DNA of 64,000 nt from contig OZ024740.1 of the NCBI GenBank assembly GCA_964016885.1, positions 171,182,001 to 171,246,000 on the forward strand, read 5' to 3'. Every line of letters begins with the position of its first letter. Position 1 is the first letter of the stretch. The notes below the pieces were generated by a model. That model made no database searches, was not told the DNA's origin, and worked only from the letters and a program-made list of their open reading frames with translations. A program made the translations under genes and the position numbers. This DNA is from Eledone cirrhosa (taxonomy: Eukaryota). This document shows, one piece after another, positions 40,807 to 55,085 of this stretch.

Positions 40807-43800
40807 GTCAGGTCGCTTTCTAGCTCTATGTGTAACATGTAATCCAGTACAACCTGCCACACGGTCAGATCGTTGTTGATTAAACCGGCAACCCCACCAA
40901 GCTTCCTTGGGGAGGAGGGTGATTTTGGATACCCTGCAGGATGAAAAACGAAACCCGTCTAAGGGCGGGGGAACTCACGAAGCCAACGGCCACCTAATAG
41001 TGTATACATATCCAAATATTGAGTGTAGATATGTACATGTAAATATATGTGTGTATGTGTAGGTATATGCAATTGTGTATATATATATATATATATATGA
41101 ATATGTGAATATGAGAAGGCAACTCAAACAATCAAAACCCTCTTACATAGGTTGCAGTCTACTGAGAAGTCTGCTACTGCAGCCAAGTGAGCAGTAAAAT
41201 TGGAGAGGTCAAATTCCATTATAAATAAAACATGTGGTCTGTTGTTCACTGTCTTTGTGGCAAACATTTGCACCAATTCTGTGCTATCAACAGTTCCAAA
41301 AAGCCTTCACCACATAAAGCAAATAATCCATGTGGGTACTCTAACAGTTAACATCAGTTTAGTTTCATACAGCTTCATCTATTTACAATGAAGGTCTCTA
41401 GCGAGTGAGTGAACATGACGAAGACAGGTAAAATATTAATACTGGAAGGCTCTAGCTAGAGCTCTACAAAGTGGTGACACTGAGTGATGGCCGTTCTAGG
41501 ACAAATCCGTGAGCAATTTTACAGTCAAAGCAGGTCTGCAGCACTGCTTTCCCTAATGAGGGAGAGGGTGATAAAAGGAACCCTAAACATTGTTTGATCA
41601 CATTTCTATCTTGGTTCTTGAAATGTACGCACTCTTCAAGACAGTGACTCTGTACTAGAACGCAAGACGGCATTGGTCTCTCTTGCACTACGGATATATA
41701 TTGACATAGCTGCACTCATTGAAACACGTCTTGCAGATTCAAAACAATTTGAGGAAGTGAAAGGAGGGTATGTGTTTTTCTTATCTGGGAAAACTGAGAA
41801 TGAGCCACACCAGTCAGGTGTTGCCTTTGTCATAAGATCAGAAATTGACACATTCCTTTCTATTCTACCCATATGAATATCAGACTGCATCATGACACTG
41901 ACATTTGACATAAAATGCAAAACTAGTGCTACAATATTCAGTTGCTATGATCCAGCCATGGCCAGTTCTGAACAGGAAAAAGACAACTTCTATGATTAAC
42001 TCTGCAATGTTATCTCTAATGTTCAATATAGGAATAAGCTCATTTTTATGGGAACTTAAATGCTTGGGTATGTACAGACCATCAGTCCTGGCAGGGATTA
42101 CTGGGTCATCACGGAGTCGGTCGATTGAACTTAAATGATCCTTCCATATGTTGAGAATTCAATTTAACCATCACCAACACTACTTTTCAACAACCAAGAC
42201 AATCTGGATGCATCCGCGGTCCGAGGTATGGCACCTCATAGAAAGAAACAAGATTTTAGGGATATTAGCATCACACGCTCCTTCCACAGCACCTTCTATC
42301 TTTGTATCATGCTCTCCTTCGTAGAAAGGCTTCATCCATCTTGTCCACAGGAGACTCCAAAGGTCATCTGTACCTCGGTGCATTAACACTCAACCTTTGA
42401 AAACCCATGAAACAAACTGAGCTTTGCAACCAACTGGACACTGCCCTTGACTCTGTCGGGATCACTAAGGACGTTGAATCATTTTAGAAGGCTCTCCGAG
42501 ATGCTACACATGCTGCATCCTTAGATGTTCTCGGGATACCTGCTCGGAAGCACCAAGATTGGTATGCCTGACAAGATGTACCATCAAGGTCCAGCTGTTA
42601 ATCCAACAAAAGCTCCCGCAAAGCGTGGATAAATGATAAAAACTCATCTATCACACAGCAGCCATACAAAAAGTGCAAGATTCAGGAAAATGAAATGGGC
42701 TTGGTGGTCTGCAAAAGCTACTGAACTCCAACAAATTGCAGATAAGAAGGACTCTAAGGCCTTCTATGATGGTCTGAGGAAGGTGTATGGTCCTCAAGAG
42801 AGTGGTGTCTCAGAGTGGTGAGCAGACACTTCTGACAGATCAGCCGGACATTTTGAAAAGAGGGAAACAGCACTTTGAACTCCACCCCTGTCATTGATAA
42901 TGACGTCATGGCGTCCATTTCCCTACATCCTGAAATACCCGAAATGGCTATTGTGCCAACACTGCAGAAAGTGAAGGACTCCATCAGGGAAATTCCTTGT
43001 GATAAGGCACCTGACAAGGATGCTATTTCGCCAAAGATTTATAAGTATGATCTACAAAAGCTGATCAGAAAACTGCATGAGCTTTTCAAAACAATTTGGA
43101 GGGCCGATCGTGTTCATCATGACTACAAGGACGCGTCTATCAAACATCTCTACAAGAACAAATGGAATACGAGTGTATGTGATAACCATCGTAGGATATC
43201 ACATCTGTCAATTACTGGTAAAATCCTGGCCAAGCTGATATTCAATAGGATCATCAAATATATTTTCGATGATATTTATCCTGAATCGCGGTATAGATTC
43301 CATTCAAGCCGTGGCACAATCGACATAATCTTTTATCTTTGTCAGGTTATTGAGAAGGTACGTGAGAGAAATCGGGGACTGTAGATGGTGTTTGTAGATC
43401 TAACCAAGACCTTGACACTGTAATCGACAAGCGCTCTGGAAAGTTTTCAAGAAGCTTGGTATACCTGACAAGATGCTTAGTCTCCTTCCATGGGAGTATG
43501 AAAGATGCTGTTTTATCTGATAGAGAATTGTTGGATTCCTTTGATATGATAAATGGCTCAAAACAAGGCTGCGCCATGGCGCCAGTGCTTTCTGCACTAT
43601 TCTTCTTAGTGATGTTGTAATATGTGTTCGGTGAAAAAGATACAGATATCATATTTCAATCGAACTAGTAGCAGACTCTTCAACCATCAACGGTTCAAAG
43701 CTAAGACGCATCTACACACCGACATCATTCGCGATCCCTTTATTGCAGATGACACTGCACTTGTAGCATCATGTTTAGAGGAAGCCTAGGAAGACGTAAA

Positions 43801-44766
43801 CCGTTTTTCTGTTGGAAGTAAAGCTTTCGGGCTTACCATCAGCTTAAAGAAAACAGAGGTGATCTACCAACCATGCTCTATGACCAAACAATTATAAGGT
43901 GTCAAACAGAAACCGCCAGTTCACTAGTTCCCAGATACCCCTATAAAGGTCGATGGGAAGAATCTGAAATATGTGAAAACTTTCACATATCTTAGCAGTA
44001 AGGTGAACTCAAATGCATCTCTCGATGACGAGATAATAAATCGTATAGGGAAAGCTACCAGTACATTTGGCAAGCTCCGTCATCGCCTTTGGAATGAGAG
44101 GGTCATAAAACTGGATACCAAGATACAGGTTTATAAACCTGATTTACTGACCACACTCTTACATAGATCAGAATTTTGGACGTCATATAGGTCACGCATC
44201 AACCAACTAGCCGTATTTCAAAAAGATTCTCTTCGGACAATCTGAGGAGACACACTCGAAGTCAAAATATTTAACGCTGACTTCACGAAATCAAAATTGA
44301 AGGAATGATATCTTTCTTTTGAAATCACAACTACGCTGGGCTGGTCATGTCATCATAACGAGTGACAAAAGAGTAGTAAAAGTCTTCATGTACAGCCAGC
44401 TTGATGGTGGATATAGAAATGTTAATACATTGGGTACAATGACGAGCTAAAATGTAATCTTTCAGCAACCAATATAGCTTATAACATATTTGAGCATGTG
44501 GCCTTGGAACGGAATGACTAGAGATCTATGTGTCATAATGGGATCAGGAACTTCGGTTGTATCCATAATTACCAAAAGCAAGAATGAGGAGAAGAACACT
44601 ATACAAGCAACATTGTCCAGTAATCCTAAACTTTGTTCGATCTGTGGACTTGCTTGCAAATTCTGGCAGGCCTAATAGGTCATACCCGATATAAACATCC
44701 AAACTAAATTAACTGAATAGGCTGTTCGGATCCTCATACGTCGATATCGACGGGCGAGTCCATTAT
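40807..44766 (+). mobile_element. Decayed near full-length RTE (BovB-like) LINE
   Basis: APE (IDIAALIETRL..GVAFVI), RT (CDNHRRI, FVDLTK, KQGCAMAP, TFTYLSS, QLRWAGHV), C-terminal CSICG..C; many stops and frameshifts. Confidence 0.9.
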
Positions 44767-44800
44767 AGATATGTATGTGTGTACACACATACATACATAC

Positions 44801-44870
<70 letters not shown>

Positions 44871-44872
<2 letters not shown>

Positions 44873-45043
44873 GAAAATGTTTAACCCCGGCTATTTCTGG
44901 ACGGCTAGTCCAGAAATAGCCGTCGAAACGGCTTGAGCTCTGCCGTCGGGGTTAAACATTTTCCTATTACCCACTCTACTACCCTAAGTATTGAGTACTC
45001 TGGTGCGTTATTGTCGATCTGGTTCCTTACCACACTCCCTTCG

Positions 45044-45045
<2 letters not shown>
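44871..45045 (+). mobile_element. Mini foldback, family B copy 2
   Basis: Inverted arm with an internal deletion, direct arm, tail with ATTGAGTACTCT; (TA)n both sides. Confidence 0.8.
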
Positions 45046-45118
<73 letters not shown>

Positions 45119-45687
45119 ATAGAGAGATAAGTATAGATGGGGTTATGTGTATCTACCTTGTATATATGATAATATAATAGTGTTTATGTTTGTTTGGATG
45201 CTTACATAGGTACGGCCAGCTCAATTTTATTCCTTTAGAGGTGTAGGTATGAATGCTGATATTTATGTATGCGTGTTAATAAATGTGTCTGTTTGTCTAA
45301 ATGTATGTATGTATGTGTGTAAGGAAATATTTTTCTGTCAAAATAATTGTACATGTTATCTAATGATAAAGGGTTTTCTTGACAATTTGCATCTACTGCA
45401 TACACTAAATACTTACTGACAACATGTGTCTGATACAGTACATGCACAAATATGTACATACCCACATATATATATGTGTGTATATATATATATACACACA
45501 CTCGTATATATATCTACATATATATCTATATATATATATTATATATATATATAGAGAGAGAGAGAGATAAATCTACCAAAGTGTACGGTAGTGTCCTCCA
45601 ATGAGGAATTTTTTAATATAAGGAACTGTTTCTTTGTTTATTCATTATTTTATTAATTTATATATATATATATACATAAATATATAT

Positions 45688-45724
<37 letters not shown>

Positions 45725-45738
45725 AATATATATTATAT

Positions 45739-45784
<46 letters not shown>

Positions 45785-45856
45785 CTCATGTATATATATA
45801 TGTGTGTGTGTGTGAGTGTGTGTACGGATGGCTGGAAGGATGTTTATCATTAATAA

Positions 45857-46185
45857 CATCGTCGTTATCATCATCATCATCATCATCATTATCTTTGTCG
45901 TCGTCGTGGTCTCTAGTCACTGTCGTCTGGTGTCAGTGTGGCCGCTGTCAACTACATCAAAAATAACAATAACACCAACACATCTTCGAAACCAACAACC
46001 CAGACAACACAACCTCCTTCCACATCACTACCACCACCACCACCACCACCAACACTACCGCCACCACCATCACCACCACCACCACCAACACTACCGCCAC
46101 CACCATCACCACCACCACCAACACTACCACCACCACCACCAACACTACAATCACCAACAAGCAATACTGGCACTTGTTAACCCCC

Positions 46186-46260
<75 letters not shown>

Positions 46261-46415
46261 TACATATATATATATATAATAGAAACAAGTATGACCCCGA
46301 CGGCAGAGCTCTGCCGTCGGGGTCATACTTGTTCCTATTACCCACTCTACTACCCTAAGTATTGAGTACTTTGGTGCGTTATGGTCCACCTGGTTCCTTA
46401 CCACAATTCCTTCGT

Positions 46416-46466
<51 letters not shown>

Positions 46467-46843
46467 GCGTGTCTATCTATCTATCTGTCTATCTCTCTGT
46501 CTCCGTCTAATACTGCCTCTTCTCTCACCCCCTCACCTCCACACCGACCCACCAACCACTGCCGCTGTGCCCAAGTTACTTGCTGCCTCAAACAGCAGCG
46601 GCGGCTGCTATTATTGCTGCTGCTGTTGCTGCATATGCTGCAAATGCTGCTCTTGTTGTTGTTGTTGTTGTTTCTAGTGTTAGGTATTGTTATTATAACT
46701 ATAACTGCTACAACTGCAGCTGCTGCTGCTGTTTCTGTTGCTGCTGCTGCTGCTGCTGCTATTCTTGTTAAAAATGACGATAATGATGACGACGATCACG
46801 ACGACGATGATGGATGATGGAGGATGATGACGGCGGTGGCGGC

Positions 46844-46920
<77 letters not shown>

Positions 46921-46940
46921 GAATGACGATGATGATGATT
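45857..46940. repeat. Mixed trinucleotide and dinucleotide simple repeats (ATC, CCA, GCT, GAT, TC, TA, TG)
   Basis: Direct reading. Confidence 0.9.
46279..46416 (+). mobile_element. Mini foldback, family B copy 3
   Basis: Loopless palindrome AACAAGTATGACCCCGACGGCAGAG|CTCTGCCGTCGGGGTCATACTTGTT plus family B tail. Confidence 0.8.
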
Positions 46941-47266
46941 GGTGTCAGTGGCATCTTTTCCATCGACGCTGCTTACTGTTGCCGTGTAGTTGTTAGTTCT
47001 TCCATTATTGCCGTCGCTGCTTGTGATGCAGTATTTTTGGTCGGCAACAGCAGCGTTGAAACTTGCCGAGACTCAAAGTGCAAGTGACCTTTCCAACAGA
47101 TTAGCCATGCCAAACAAACCACCGTCCTTTCTCCTCTATGCTCCCTCGCCATTCTTCTGATCGATAAAATAAAGTACCAGTAACGTACTGGGATCGATTT
47201 AATCGACTTTCTGTTCTCCACAAAATAAATTGTTGGCCTTGTGCCTAAATCAGAAACCATTATTAC

Positions 47267-48290
47267 TGCAGTCCTGGGTCAGGAAAAGACCGAGGGATAG
47301 CGCTTGGAAACTGGAATGTCTCCAGGCGCTCACTGCCCTCTGCCAGCTGGGCACCAGTATCGGTGGAACATCCACCTCGGCGTTCTATAGAGGACTAGTA
47401 GAGGGGAAAAACGACGACGTTCTCGGAGAGATCCTGGGCGTCGAAGAAGATCAGCTGTTTGCTCTCTTCCGGAGAACTTTCAGCCCAGGGCCTATGGATA
47501 ACTTCCAAAAATCCCTGGCCTGGCAGTGCTACCGGGTAGCGTTGCGGGTTCGAGATAAGCTCTACAGGCGCGGAAGTGCCGTCAGCCGAGCCTGTCCGAG
47601 ATGCGTGCAGAGAGACGAAACCGTCGTGCACCCACTCGTTCAATGCCCCAGCATTGCTGACTTGTGGAGCTATGTCGAACAGTTGCTGTCGCGTGTAGGA
47701 CTGATCCGGTTATCGACTGAGTCCATTGTGCAGATGGTCTCGCCGTCTTCCTTCGAGGAGGAAGGGCAGGCGGTTTTCATCTGCCTGGTGGCCATGGCGA
47801 AAGAGATTGTGTGGTGGACAAGGTTGAAAGGGTTAAAGACAGACACTTTGCTCTTCGGCGAATCCCTAATTAAATCAGGGTGGCGAGGCAGGTGCTGCTT
47901 TCTAGCAAGTTTGTTGAAAGGTGGGTGAATGTAGCGAGAATGGTCCGACTGAACGGGACCGCTCTGAATATACGCCTGTAGTTTGAGAAATGGAAAAATT
48001 GAGAGAGGGCGCTTGCCCTGGTGGTCAGGGTGGCCGTGGTCTTTTGTGTGGTTTTCGCCACGAGTAACCCTCGGAGGTTTCCCCCCTATTGGGGAATTTT
48101 TCATTGTTTCAATTTTCATTTTTATTGTTCATATATATATATGTTTCTATGTCTTTTTATTTCTTTTCTTATATAAATAATAAAAAATCTTTACACGCAC
48201 AAAACCCACATCGTACCGTCCTGTACCGTCCTGTGCCGTCTGTAATGTTTTTCTTGATGTCAGCCCTTGTGGCCAATAAAGAAATCATTA
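47267..48290 (+). mobile_element. Tx1/L1-clade LINE 3' fragment inserted at an S1 tail (47159-47262)
   Basis: zf-RVT region LAWQCYRVALRVRDKL..CPRC..ETVVHPLVQCP..LW; 3' UTR ends GCCCTTGTGGCCAATAAAGAAATC(ATT)n. Confidence 0.85.
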
Positions 48291-48622
48291 TTATTATTAC
48301 TATTATTATTATTATTATTCCACTTCTACTTCTTCGGCTTCTCCACCTGTTCCTTCCTCTTTTTCTTACACTGTTTGCTTTATAATCAAGGCACATTCAT
48401 AAACAACTTCTGTTAATATATATGTGTGTGAGTGTGTATGTGTGTGTGGGGCGGATGCGTATGTATGTGTGTGTGTGTGTGTAAACCGATAAGTTTACGA
48501 AGAAATTTGGCAAGTTTGAAAAATTTGAAATTCGCTTTTATTGTGAAAAACTGCCACAATGTTTATATTAACTAAATTTTTTGTTTCTTTCTTTCTTTTA
48601 CTTCTTCTTCCTCTTTTTCTTC

Positions 48623-48653
<31 letters not shown>

Positions 48654-48654
48654 T

Positions 48655-48772
48655 ATTGCCTTTCATCTTTACGGGTTCCATAAAATGAAGTACCAGTAAC
48701 GCATTGTGTTGATTTAATCGACTTTCCTCTTCCCATCAAATTGCTGGCCTTGTGCCAAAAGTAGAAACCATT
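48655..48772 (+). mobile_element. 5'-truncated long-tail S1 SINE
   Basis: Core plus tail ending GTAGAAACC(ATT)n. Confidence 0.8.
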
Positions 48773-49300
48773 ATTATTATTATTATACTCCTCCTCCGCC
48801 TCATCTTCTTTTTTTCGTCTTCTTCTTTTCCTTCTTCTTCCTATTCTTCCTCTCCTTTTTCTCCTCGTTGTTCTCCTTCCTTTACTCTCCCCTTTCACTG
48901 GCTTTTGCTTTCTTCTCTTACATTTCTCCCTTCTTTTCTATAACCTATAAAGTACTTTACATATTTAAAAAAATTACGTAATCATGTGCTTACAGGCACA
49001 CTTTTATACATACACGCACACTTTTACATACATACACACTTTTACATACATACACACTTTTAAACACATGTGTGCTATCATTTTGTGCGTATACATATAT
49101 ATATATTTTTTTTTTACCTTTTATTAACCATATTAGACATTTCACAGCAATTTGAGATTAAAAAAAAACTGGATTCGAAAGCTATATAACAGGGAGAAAG
49201 TGCTGGATCTTACATTGCCGTTTCTATGCATATATATAATGCATAAAATCTCTTCTATATTATAAAAACTTACACAATATTTTATCATACATATATATAT

Positions 49301-49643
49301 ATATTCAATGATATTAAATAAATGGAAACTGTATTTACAAAACCATATTTATTCTATTATATATATTTCAAGGGTACCAAAACTTTGGTACGCTATCATC
49401 AGATAAAATACAAAGTTTGTTTTATAAATTTTGACAAAATTTTGACATTTTATCTGATGAAAGCGTACCAAAGTTTTGGTACCCTTGAAATATATATATA
49501 ATAGAATAAATATGGTTTTATAAATATAGTTTCCCTTTATTTAATATCATTGAATATTGTACTCCAGAAAACTTGTCGAGTGCTCTGAATCAGTTATAAA
49601 CATTTATATTTGTTGAATTACCAACAAATTGAATATCCCTTTT

Positions 49644-49647
<4 letters not shown>
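49301..49647 (+). mobile_element. Mini foldback, family F copy 1; hammerhead in each arm (49353-49407 -, 49449-49505 +)
   Basis: ~110-bp arms; TTTAT-CTGATGA-AAG.GTACCAAA(GT)TTTGGTAC.CTT-GAAA-(TA)n-ATAGA; tail with GTCGAGTGCTCT. Confidence 0.85.
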
Positions 49648-49678
<31 letters not shown>

Positions 49679-49710
49679 TGTATAAACGTATGTATGTATA
49701 TATTTAACCC

Positions 49711-49960
<250 letters not shown>

Positions 49961-50441
49961 AGGGGACGGGCGGGTTGGAATTGGAAAAAACGTCTTTAGA
50001 TAAAAAATAACAGGTCCATTCATGTTGACATCTCTTGCATATATATGTTGTGTGTGTGTAGGTATAAGTTATTATAATGGAGTATTCCAGTATTACTTTT
50101 GGTAAGGCGAGAAAGCTCAATGCAGGCTAAAAGTCTTCTGCACATTACGAATTCGAAATAAACGAAATACTCTTCGAAAGTTAAAGATCATGTTGTTGAG
50201 GACAGTGAGGGTTGCAGAGCATACAAATTGTAAATTAAGAAAACCAAGGTTAACAAATTAAATTAATTTTTTTAATTACTACGTCTGTTTCTATAATGGT
50301 ATAATAAGTTAATCATAATACAAATAACATTTGCGTATCATCAGGAGTTATTAAAAGGGTTAGAATTTAACCAAATATAAATTTCAAGAACAGACGCAAT
50401 AGTGTGTTGGACATTGGCAAGCACACAACGATAAATGCAAA

Positions 50442-50501
<60 letters not shown>

Positions 50502-51581
50502 GTTATAAATTATCTTAGTGAAAGCACAAGTATATAAGTGATTACAACCTCACCTAGTTCGGTGTGGCTGTTGTCAGGATAAAGGGGTGTATGGGAAAGA
50601 CTATAATGTTGACCAAAAGAGCCTGGATATTTCCTAGTAGCTTCAATACTGCTTGTCACTCCTTGAACGCCAGTGAAAAGATGTTGAAGGAAGTATGTGT
50701 GCGTGTGTGTGTGAGCGCCTGCATGGATGCATGTGTATGTGTGTGTAAATGTTTAACCTTTCTTTTCTTACTCTCGTCTGTCTATCTATTTTTCCTTCTA
50801 TCTCTCAGTCTATCTTCCGATGAGCGACTAACGTCCGAAACGTTGATGCACTTTTCGCATTATGTCGAGTATTAAACTAACATATGTCATCATTGTACTG
50901 TATTGCTCTCATTAGTTATTAGTATGTCACCGTAATACCAGTATATTTTCCTCATAGATGTTCCTTCCTAAATTTGATGCTGTTTATACATTTTGGTGTT
51001 TCTGAGGATCCAAATATATTGCCGATGATCATATGTAGGAATATTTTCATTTATTTTATTTTATTTCTTACTTTCTCTTTCGTCCTTCTAGGATGTTATT
51101 TGTATATGGATCTAATTTCATATGCTCGTATCTTACTAAAATGATAAAGCAAAATTCTAATCGTACTTATCAAAGAGAAAAACAGAATGCTTTTGATATT
51201 TGTTCGAATTTCCACGAGACCAATGAATTGCAGTCATGCCTGCATTAAAGTTATCTTAGATTTTCTAGTGTTGTGCATAGATATATATTAATTAATTATT
51301 TATACCACCGACTAGATCACGTTATAAAAATTCTACAGACTACTGCAGTAAAACCCTAGATTTTATTTGTATAATTAGTTTTTTATTGTATCTCTCTTCA
51401 TGGACTGCTGAATGGCCAATTTTGTGTGAAATATGTAAAGACAGCTTCTTGTGATTTTCTATATTGAAGAATGTTTTCCACATTTGTTAATTCTTTTTTC
51501 CAGCAAGGTTTATAAATTATAGTTATACCAACATATATTGAATTTGTTTCTAATATATATATATATGTGTGTGTGTATACA

Positions 51582-51850
51582 TCCCAAAGGTCAGCTCAAA
51601 AGTGACACAGAGGAGACTGAGGTTAGCTGGACATGCTCACCGATATCCAGAGTTGACATTGCACTCAGTGCTCCTTTAGGAGCCCGTACATGGACACACT
51701 AGAAGAGGAAGACCAAGATTAACGTATGTTGATGCTCTAAGGACAGACACTGGTCTGTTGGAGACGCAGGACATGGCAGCGATAATGAGGGACAGAGACC
51801 GCTGGAGAGAACTTGTGCAAGGATCTCGGGAATTTTACCCGCCTGAGAAA
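51582..51850 (+). mobile_element. RTE-like LINE 3' fragment
   Basis: RRLRLAGHAHR...[13 protein letters not shown]...MRDRDRWR; short A tail. Confidence 0.75.
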
Positions 51851-51871
51851 AAAAAATTGTATATATATATG

Positions 51872-51904
<33 letters not shown>

Positions 51905-51905
51905 G

Positions 51906-51940
<35 letters not shown>

Positions 51941-52009
51941 GTATATATATATATGTATATATATATATGTATATATATATATGTATATATATATATGTAT
52001 ATATATATG

Positions 52010-52098
<89 letters not shown>

Positions 52099-52101
<3 letters not shown>

Positions 52102-53810
52102 AACCAGTAAGACTCCGACAGCTGAGCTCAAGCCGTTTCGACGGCTAATTCTGGACTAAATGAAAATTTATCCTGGTATTTAAATAGCCGATCTTCTCAA
52201 GGGGTAATTCCATATATGGTCAAAGTGATTGTCAAAAATCAGTAGTAATTCTGTGGTTGCAAATTAGTAGGGGAGATGGTGGCTAAACCTGCCAGTAGGA
52301 GAAAGAGGGGAGGGGGTGGAGTAGACCCAATCAAGCGTTGGTAGTGCCAGCTACAGCTGGGCATGAGGTCAAAGAAGATACAGGGGAGGGGGAGGGGGAG
52401 GAAGTCGGAACGGTAGGTAGAACAATGGGGGGTAGAAATAGGAAAGAAAAAAAAAAAAATACTGAGAGTGAAGAAAGGCAAATAAGTGTAAAGAAAAGTA
52501 AAGTAAATTAAATTCTACGACCTAGGTGTCAGGCTATTGTTAGGCGAGAATAAAATAAAGAAAGAAAGAAAGAAGTAAAAAAATAAATAAATGAATAAAT
52601 AAGGAAATAAGTAAGAGAACTAGGTGGGACGGATAAGGCAAGGACCCTTTTAAGAGGTATAAGTACGTAAATGATACGGTGACGGGTCAACAAAAGGGGC
52701 CAAAATACTAAAGAGACTACCACGAAATAAACAATAAAGGTTTCCATCCCGGGCCAGCAACGACCCAGTGCAGCAAAGTGAACTTGTACGAGATAATAAT
52801 TCTGAGTCCCGAGAAAAATATATACTAATGCTAACTCTAAAAGATCTAAAACAAGCTACATGAAAGTTCGTACGAAATAAAGGTAGAATACGGAGAAATA
52901 AATTCAGAATCCACCCCGCCCAGAAGAAAAGCGAAGCAAGAAATACTGAAACGAAAAAATAAGGCATGTGCCACTAAGAAATATAGAGGGCACAGAGAAT
53001 AGTGGGAGCGGTCGGAAAAAGGGGGAAAGTATCCGGGGTCTAAGCCAACTGCTATAAAGGGCGGAGTCCGCCAAATCTATCAAAGACTAGGGGAGGGGGG
53101 TGGGGGTACTAAGGCTACATGGGGCCAAAGGGCAGCCTCGGGTGGGCGAGAAAAGACGCCGACAAAGGAGAAGAGCTGGGGTAGAAGGACAAAGGGGAGA
53201 GGGGGGAAGGAAATAAAGGAAGCGATAAAAGAATACAAAGAAGATCTTACGTCTTCCTTGGCAAGCAGGGGTTACCTATTGCAAAATCAGCAACTGGGGT
53301 GTTATAGCCCTAGTCTGCCCCCCCCGGGTCATTATGGGGTTTGAGGGCGAGGTAAGTCCTACGCAATCTATGTTTACATGCAGTAACCAGTTCATCTTTC
53401 TTGTTTAGGAGTTGGTCCGTCGAAAACAGCATTTGTAAAGTTTCCTCCGAGCATAAATTGCACGGACGGCGTCCTCCCGTGTAAGAATTGGCTCTGGACA
53501 GTAATCTCCAAGTGAGATCATAGGTGATGTTGTTGTCCTTGAGGTCCCATATGTGGCCCGAAAGTGTAGTGGCGTGACGCCGGGCCGGGTTTCGGAAGGT
53601 ATGTCTATGTTGGTATAGCCGGGTCTTGAAGTCACATGCGGTAAGTCCTATATAGGCTTTGTTGGAGGTATCCGTCCTCACGTTGCACTGGTAGATCACA
53701 TTACGGTCTCTGCATCTATTGTCGAGTGGGCAAATAGATCTATCCGGGCAGTTACACCTCCTGGTCGGTTCTCCACTGCTAATTAGGTTATTTCTGCCAT
53801 CGGGGTTGAA
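52099..53810 (-). mobile_element. 5'-truncated Penelope-like element (probably Naiad type) with ~1.2-kb 3' UTR
   Basis: GIY-YIG ORF, long pyrimidine-rich UTR, terminal hammerhead variant at 52112-52205 homologous to family B; ends in (TA)n. Confidence 0.88.
53310..53810 (-). CDS. PLE GIY-YIG endonuclease domain (5'-truncated, open)
   Basis: CNC.....CPL...C, VIYQC, YIGLT..FKTR...H, LSGHIW, CNLCSEE, LLNKKDEL...CKH. Confidence 0.88.
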   Translation of the reverse strand, partial: FNPDGRNNLISSGEPTRRCNCPDRSICPLDNRCRDRNVIYQCNVRTDTSNKAYIGLTACDFKTRLYQHRHTFRNPARRHATTLSGHIWDLKDNNITYDLTWRLLSRANSYTGGRRPCNLCSEETLQMLFSTDQLLNKKDELVTACKHRLRRTYLALKPHNDPGGAD

Positions 53811-54979
53811 TTTTTTTAATACATCTAATTTATATAAACAAAATATAAAAATGTGATTTTATGTATAGCAATCATTTCAAACTGATTCTGCCTGCAATAA
53901 AATGTGATAGAGTATTTCAACAGATATGAGCGCTGCTTCCTATGAATTACCTCGTAAATATTTTATAAAATTCTCCATTACTTACACGTTTATGCTTGAA
54001 AGAGATGATTGGAACATTTTACTCGTCAATGTCTACGTGGTACTCTACAACAAGAAAAGAATTGTTATTATTGTTTAACCACATGTCTAACATGAATAAG
54101 CAGAGCTATGGTCAAAGGCGTATATATGCAAAAAGTAAAGGGAAACAGTAAAGCATACAACACAGTACAATGGAAAAAAGGTATTAGTTTAACGCTTGCT
54201 ATATAGTCCTTCATCAGAAGATAGAATAAGAAATAAAAGATTTTAAAGAAAAATACGTACGTATTCAGTCAGGCATTTTGGAGAAAAAAAAAAGTCGTCA
54301 CTCACAAGCCCATAGATTTTATCTTACGTTGATATTTACTACAAGTCTTGAAAGGTTATCTATTGGTCTTAATTGCTTACGCTGTTCTGTTAGGTACTTA
54401 TGGCCACAAAAGATGAACCAACTGATTGTCTGGCTATATATAATTCCTTTGTTTATAGGATATGTAAATATTTACCCTATTTACATATATTTTCTCCTTC
54501 AAATATTACGAAATGTCTCCCAAATGCTATGCACTTCTTATCAGTTATGTCAGATTGACCTCCAGTTGTGAGACTTATATCATTATACCCTACTTTGAAA
54601 CATCTGAGAGGATTCAATAGAAAACTTTGTTTATACGTCCGTTGTCTCTTAATATCATTCACCTACTTTGGACAATCAGCTTTGATTCATGAAAATCCAA
54701 GCTTTATTTAATATGGGTTGTATTTCCTTTCTAAATTATATTTTACTTTTGTTTTTATTAGATTTTATAGCCGTTTGTCATTGAGGATGTCAGCAGGATT
54801 TCGTCGATAAAGTATAATCTATAAACCCTGAGAGACGTAGAGAAAACAAACATTTAAGAGGCTCAATCAATCCCAATTGACAACTCAGATTTCATTTACT
54901 CAACTATCGGATATATATATGCTGATGAGGTTTGACGTAGCTCTTTTAGCTTTGTAATTGTTTTCAATGGTGTAGTTTT

Positions 54980-54981
54980 TA

Positions 54982-55012
<31 letters not shown>

Positions 55013-55053
55013 TGGTGGTGGTAGTGGTAGTGGTAGTGGTGGTGGTGGTGGTG

Positions 55054-55085
<32 letters not shown>

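Noticed and set aside
45816-47087. Poly-Pro, His, Asp, Met and Cys ORFs
   Set aside because: Trinucleotide repeats open in several frames and interrupted by a foldback insertion; no domain
53310-53810. Selenoprotein PLE with SECIS
   Set aside because: Conserved Cys positions read TGT/TGC and the frame has no internal TGA
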